A stretch of 50,082 nt of DNA, the filler included, from Dimargaris cristalligena (Eukaryota): NCBI GenBank assembly GCA_003614675.1. It is 2 parts of 2 records of this genome, joined end to end, with 100 filler letters (N's around TTAATTAATTAA, not from the genome) between each part and the next. Parts side by side here need not be neighbours in the genome. Positions count along the whole stretch, not along the records: positions 25,214 to 50,082 come from ML002573.1; 1 more part is not named here. One strand, given 5' to 3'. Below are positions 45,359 through 50,082 of the stretch, in pieces. The notes under the pieces are model-generated. The model was not told the DNA's origin, made no database searches, and worked only from the letters and a program-made list of their open reading frames with translations. The first letter of the stretch is position 1. Each line of letters opens with the position of its first letter. Made by a program: the position numbers and the translations under genes.

Positions 45359-45742
45359 TCGTGTTCGTCGATTGGATAACCTGGACTTTTTACATACATG
45401 TTTATATTTGAAAGTCCTTATAAATATTAATGTCTACTACTTATCATTTATTATAAGCTGGGAAGTACGAGTGACAGGACTTGTTAGATGATCCAAAACT
45501 AGTTTAGCAATTTGGTACCGATAACTATATATAGGATAGGAACTTGTGTGTCTCACCAGTAACAAACCTCCAAGACCCAGTAGTTCATAGCCACACCTCC
45601 TTGGGCCTTGTAAGCTTTATTTTTCCTAGCCTCTTTGTTTACATAAACCTTTCATTCCACCCCGCCGCTTTTACAACACACTTTATTGTACTTTTACCAT
45701 TATACCCATCCAATTCCTTACAACTCTAAACTGCCCATCTCC

Positions 45743-45997
45743 ATGGACTCCCAATTTTCTTCGTCCACCCGTTCGTCTGCCTCTCAACACGGCCGCTCGG
45801 ACACCGTTCTTGAAGACAGGCGACTGCAGTCCCGGGAAACCGTCGACCTGCTCGACGACATGTCAGGGATCCTGAATACCGGACTGAGTCGGGAAGCCCT
45901 GGTACTATGTACCAAACTCTGTGAAATGGGCGTGAATCCCGAGGCCCTCGCTAGCGTAGTCAAAGAACTCCAACGGGAATGTGGTACCGGGCAGTAA
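45743..45997 (+). CDS. MZT1: MOZART1 / mitotic-spindle organizing protein 1 (gamma-tubulin complex)
   Basis: [49 protein letters not shown] is the MZT1 signature; ATG at 45743 (CCATGG). Confidence 0.95.
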   Translation: MDSQFSSSTRSSASQHGRSDTVLEDRRLQSRETVDLLDDMSGILNTGLSREALVLCTKLCEMGVNPEALASVVKELQRECGTGQ

Positions 45998-46620
45998 AAT
46001 AGCGAAAACGGGCCCCAGAACCGGCGGAATAGTCTCTCCCCCGCTCCCCTCCCCTCTTCTAATTCTTGACCAACCCGTCCCTCTCTTAGTGGGGGTTGGA
46101 ATAAGACGTTTACGTTTAACATGGCATAATAAATCGGTACATATTTCGCGGTAGAGCAGGAACTCCCCAACTGAGGGAAGCTTGGTCCGTTTTTATGACA
46201 AGGGTATGTCGTGAAGTGCACATAAACTGGGTTATCTTGATACTGTCTGGCGCGATAGGAATAGGGTGGATAAAGGGGATGATAGTAAAGAGGAGGGGTC
46301 TTGGGCACTAGCCTGCAGCTCCTTCGGATATATAGGCTAATATAGTAGGGTGAACCAAAAGAACAGGTGCGTGGGGGGAGGAGAATCGCACCATCCTATA
46401 CCACGACTAACTCGATTGGGTGAATTGGCCAGCACCAACTTTTGGTACACTCTAACACATTGCCCAAGACCAACCTGGAGGAGCGCATGCTGATAGATCT
46501 AACTTGGATTGTCCACCTTTCCCCCCAGGCATTGTCCTTGAATCCAAACCCGTCGTCCATTGTGTGCCCTTGCTCTCTAATTTCCCATTTGTTTAACTTT
46601 CTTTAATACCATTTGTTACC

Positions 46621-47726
46621 ATGAGTCTGCTGCGAACCTGCTTCCGCCAACTCGCGGGTCTCCCAACCCCCGCCGTTCGATCTCAACCCTCCCACCGTAA
46701 GTGGGTCACATGCCACAGCCGGCCTTCTTGCCCTTACAATGACCCTGGGCGACTGGGATCTACTATACTGTGGGGTTCACGACCAGGGTGGGTTTAAACC
46801 CTCGACTAAACTCCTCACAACTAACCTTGTATTGATTTTCAATGTATATTGCATACCCCTAACTCTACTCTACTCTCCCTCACTCATTCATTCATGGGTG
46901 GGCCCTTCCCCAGAGATCCAGGCCGTCCGTTGGGCTACCAAGAAATCGGGTGGTACGACCAAAAACAATCGCGATTCACCCGGTCAGCACTTGGGTATCA
47001 AGAAATTCGGAGGTAAGCTGCAACCCAATGAGTCAGGGGTAGAAAGAAGTATAGGTTGGTTTAGCCTACGGCGTTGGACCTGAGCCCAATAATCTGGCTT
47101 GGTCCCAACCCGCCTGGTTTAATTATCTACGGTAATACCACCCCCAAAAACACCAGGGCATTTAAATCTGATGGCCAATTCGACCGCAACTTCGAACGCC
47201 AACTCACTAAAATCTCCATTATACCGATGCACCCTTAGACGAACACGTTATTCCGGGCAACATTATCATTCGCCAGCGGGGTACTCGATTCCACCCCGGT
47301 GAAAATGTAAGGAGTGGACTTATCATCTGATTTAATTCATATACTTGCGTATATGTGTTTTAATGACTTTGCGTATCGATATAAAAACAACATGCATTTC
47401 TAACCTGGGTTTAATCATTGCGGACTCTGTATCGGGATTATTATTATTGATTTTTTTGGGGGGGGTCTTGTTTGCTCTAGGTGGGTATGGGTCGTGACCA
47501 CACTCTGTATGCCAAGATTGACGGGTATGTGAAGTTTTACCGGCAGCGCGGTGGCAAGTACAACAAAGAACGCCGGTTTATTGCCGTAGCATACGACAAG
47601 GACGCTACTTTCCCGCGCGATCCTGACGCGCCCCGCGACCGCCGGTTCAAGCTGGTGGATGTTCGGGCCTTCGAAGCGGCCCAACAAAAGGCGCAGGCCG
47701 AATACCGGGCTGAGCATGAGTCTTGA
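46621..47726 (+). CDS. MRP7: Mitochondrial ribosomal protein bL27m; exons 46621-46696, 46914-47012, 47239-47306, 47481-47726 (162 aa)
   Basis: Basic presequence [14 protein letters not shown]..., then [71 protein letters not shown] (L27 signature). All three introns are GT-AG and in phase. Confidence 0.96.
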
Positions 47727-50004
47727 AACCACTTTGCGTGTAGGTGTGTGCGTGTGTGTAGTGGGATCAGTGTTGCCGGTGGCATCTAGACGGTTGGCCT
47801 AGAGAGTTAGCCATGATATATGGAGTATATATCCGGTTAAATTAGCAAAAATCGGGAAACTTTTATCTAGCTAATAAACATTTGAATGGCTCGACTAGTA
47901 GTAGTAGTGATTTTATGACAAGATGTGATTGGGCGTCCATTATAAATATACAAATTAATTGAATGCACTGACTAGGGATGTTTGTACCTCACCCTTGGAC
48001 AATCAGAAGTGAAGATTCCCAGTTCAGCCACCGATTTATTGTATTTTAAGGTTGAGTTATATCTGTCAAGTTGGGAAGCCGGCTGAATGAATAGTAAGAT
48101 TCGACGGATTATTCTATTCAGAAGCGGATCAGGGTGCATAAAGTGACGCGGTGGGCAATTCTAATTACCAGGAGCCCTATCCCAAATCTATGGAATACGC
48201 CAAGCAGCCCCCTTGCTAAATGGGCAGGCGGAGGGCTCAAGCCATTCGAAAGAACACAGACCCTGGCATAAATGAATATACACCCCACCAAATTCCGGAG
48301 TGTTGCTATGTGAGTTATTTTCGAATATGTGCAAAATAAAATAGTACTCTAGCGGGAAAAATTACGGAGTACTCCTTGCCAGAAAGAATCCTAGTGAGAG
48401 GGGGTGTGACGGATATGGTTGGCCTACATATGAATGGACTGAGTGCCTATCCATCTGTATTGAATGAGGGGCATTAGGCTGGGCAGGCCCATTTTGGGGC
48501 AGGATCACCGATGCCTGGGAATTAGTCATGCAGTCTCACTGGGAGTTGGACATGATCACTGGGAAGCAGGGAAAAAGGTAACTCCGTGGATACCATGACA
48601 TATATATATGTATAATGTATGAACAATTGCAATGAATGATGCGATCCCCACACCTCGATTTTAGTGCCTAGTATCGATGGTATTGGATCCGGGAAAATGC
48701 ACTTCCGGATTTGCACGACACAATGGAAGTAGGATACATAAAGTCATAACAAAAAAGACAAGACCCTATCCTTCACGTCCTCCAATGAACACGACTTGCC
48801 CTTGGTGGATACGTGGTGGGTCCCCAATCCAGATCAAATACCCTAAGCAACGAGCTTGTGCGCTGCGCTTAAATTGAGATGCGTGGTATGCCCCAATAAT
48901 GCCAGCGGTTGCTGGGGTTGATGGGAAATGGCCCAGCAGCCAGCAGATGGGTATGATAAAAGCCCGGCTAATCTTACACCCATTGGTATTGGTGTGTGGA
49001 CACATGCCGTGTGCACTGTGCTGCTCGTGGTTGCAGTGTATTAACCAAGCACACTCGAGTGGCTGCGTTTTTGCCAAGACCCACTAATGTGTAAGCACTG
49101 GCTGGCAGTATCAGCAGCTCATTGGGGTTGGATAGAAAAATTCATGGTCAAGGGCTACCTCGCACATCTATTAGATGAAGGGGGGGTCATTATGTTGAAG
49201 GAGGAAACCTGGTGTTTGGTAGCTCAGATGCTACTCCACGGGGAATAACACCAAAGTCAGTCAATTTGGCCGTGCTTTGGTTTGGAAGGAGCGCGCCGAA
49301 TCTGACGGGATGAATGGAGGGGGAGTAGATCAGTGCGGCCGTTAAAAAAGTCGGATGGCCTATCAATCAACTTCAACTTAGGGAGCAGTAGCCGCTGATT
49401 AGTGGCGGAGATGAATAATAGCAGGACTCTATAAGAAAGAGGACCCAGAGCTAATACGGGATGATCATAAATATAGCACATTCAGGGCAATTCAAAAGGG
49501 GATAATTGATGGGGTGAGTGATTGCCCCAAGCTTGATTGTAAGGAAGAGGTGCTGACGCATCCCCCAATGGATTTTACACTACACTGGCTATAGAGGTGC
49601 AGTCTATTCAGTCGCTCCTAATTATATCTTCTCTCTCCATCTAGTCTAGCACTGTTATTTTTCATAAGGCAATCGCCGCTCAACGACGGGCACTGCCAGC
49701 TAGGTTGCCTTGGCGGGGTTTTTATTACTCACCATCAGCCCATTTGCCCGCTTGACTGGGTGGCCTCTATATTAAGGCGAGTGTAGAGTAGGCAGGGACA
49801 GACTTCTCGGCCTTTTTACCACCCGGAGACCTGCTAGCGCCCCCCATGTTTACAATTCACTCTTCTAAACCATTGGCCACTGCTCTATATTCCCTGAAAA
49901 ATCCTCCCCATTTATAACTGGCTCTCCTGCCTTATCCCATCAACCCCACACACTACCACTTGCTGGCTGCTTTGGCCATTTATAGTTCTTTTTGGCGGAG
50001 GCGC

Positions 50005-50082
<78 letters not shown>
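50005..50082. repeat. Compound microsatellite (AT)11(AG)28 at the window end
   Basis: Directly visible; may mark a contig end. Confidence 0.97.

Noticed and set aside
47730-50000. Several 60-100 aa ORFs in the terminal 2.3 kb
   Set aside because: No recognisable motifs, codon bias or consistent splice structure; treated as intergenic.

Overview
Eukaryotic, intron-containing genomic DNA with GC-rich exons and 160-350 nt GT-AG introns. It looks fungal, probably an early-diverging lineage such as Zoopagomycota (inference only). Housekeeping genes in order: beta'-COP/SEC27 (runs off the left edge), ORC2, a FAX/metaxin-type GST protein, a YML020W-family protein, a NIPA Mg2+ transporter, an AIRAP/ZFAND2-type AN1 zinc-finger protein, glycogen branching enzyme, a cAMP-receptor/Git3-like GPCR, three tandem secreted double-hevein (CBM18) genes, a 5'-truncated CHMP7/Cmp7, MZT1 and mitochondrial bL27m. 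Two transposon-debris islands (about 13-16.5 kb and 23.2-26.4 kb) and a copy at 42.9 kb hold seven whole or partial copies of one LTR family (one with a perfect 5-bp TSD), a MITE-like element and an artificial N/TTAATTAATTAA/N contig linker. Best leads: (1) an unannotated terminal exon that would let the AN1 gene switch between a CaaX-prenylated and a SIM-bearing C-terminus; (2) an LTR with a TATA box and splice donor sitting where the first exon(s) of CHMP7 should be; (3) a hevein triplet with an unequal-crossover chimera and near-identical coding regions; (4) CpG-directed decay of the repeats.
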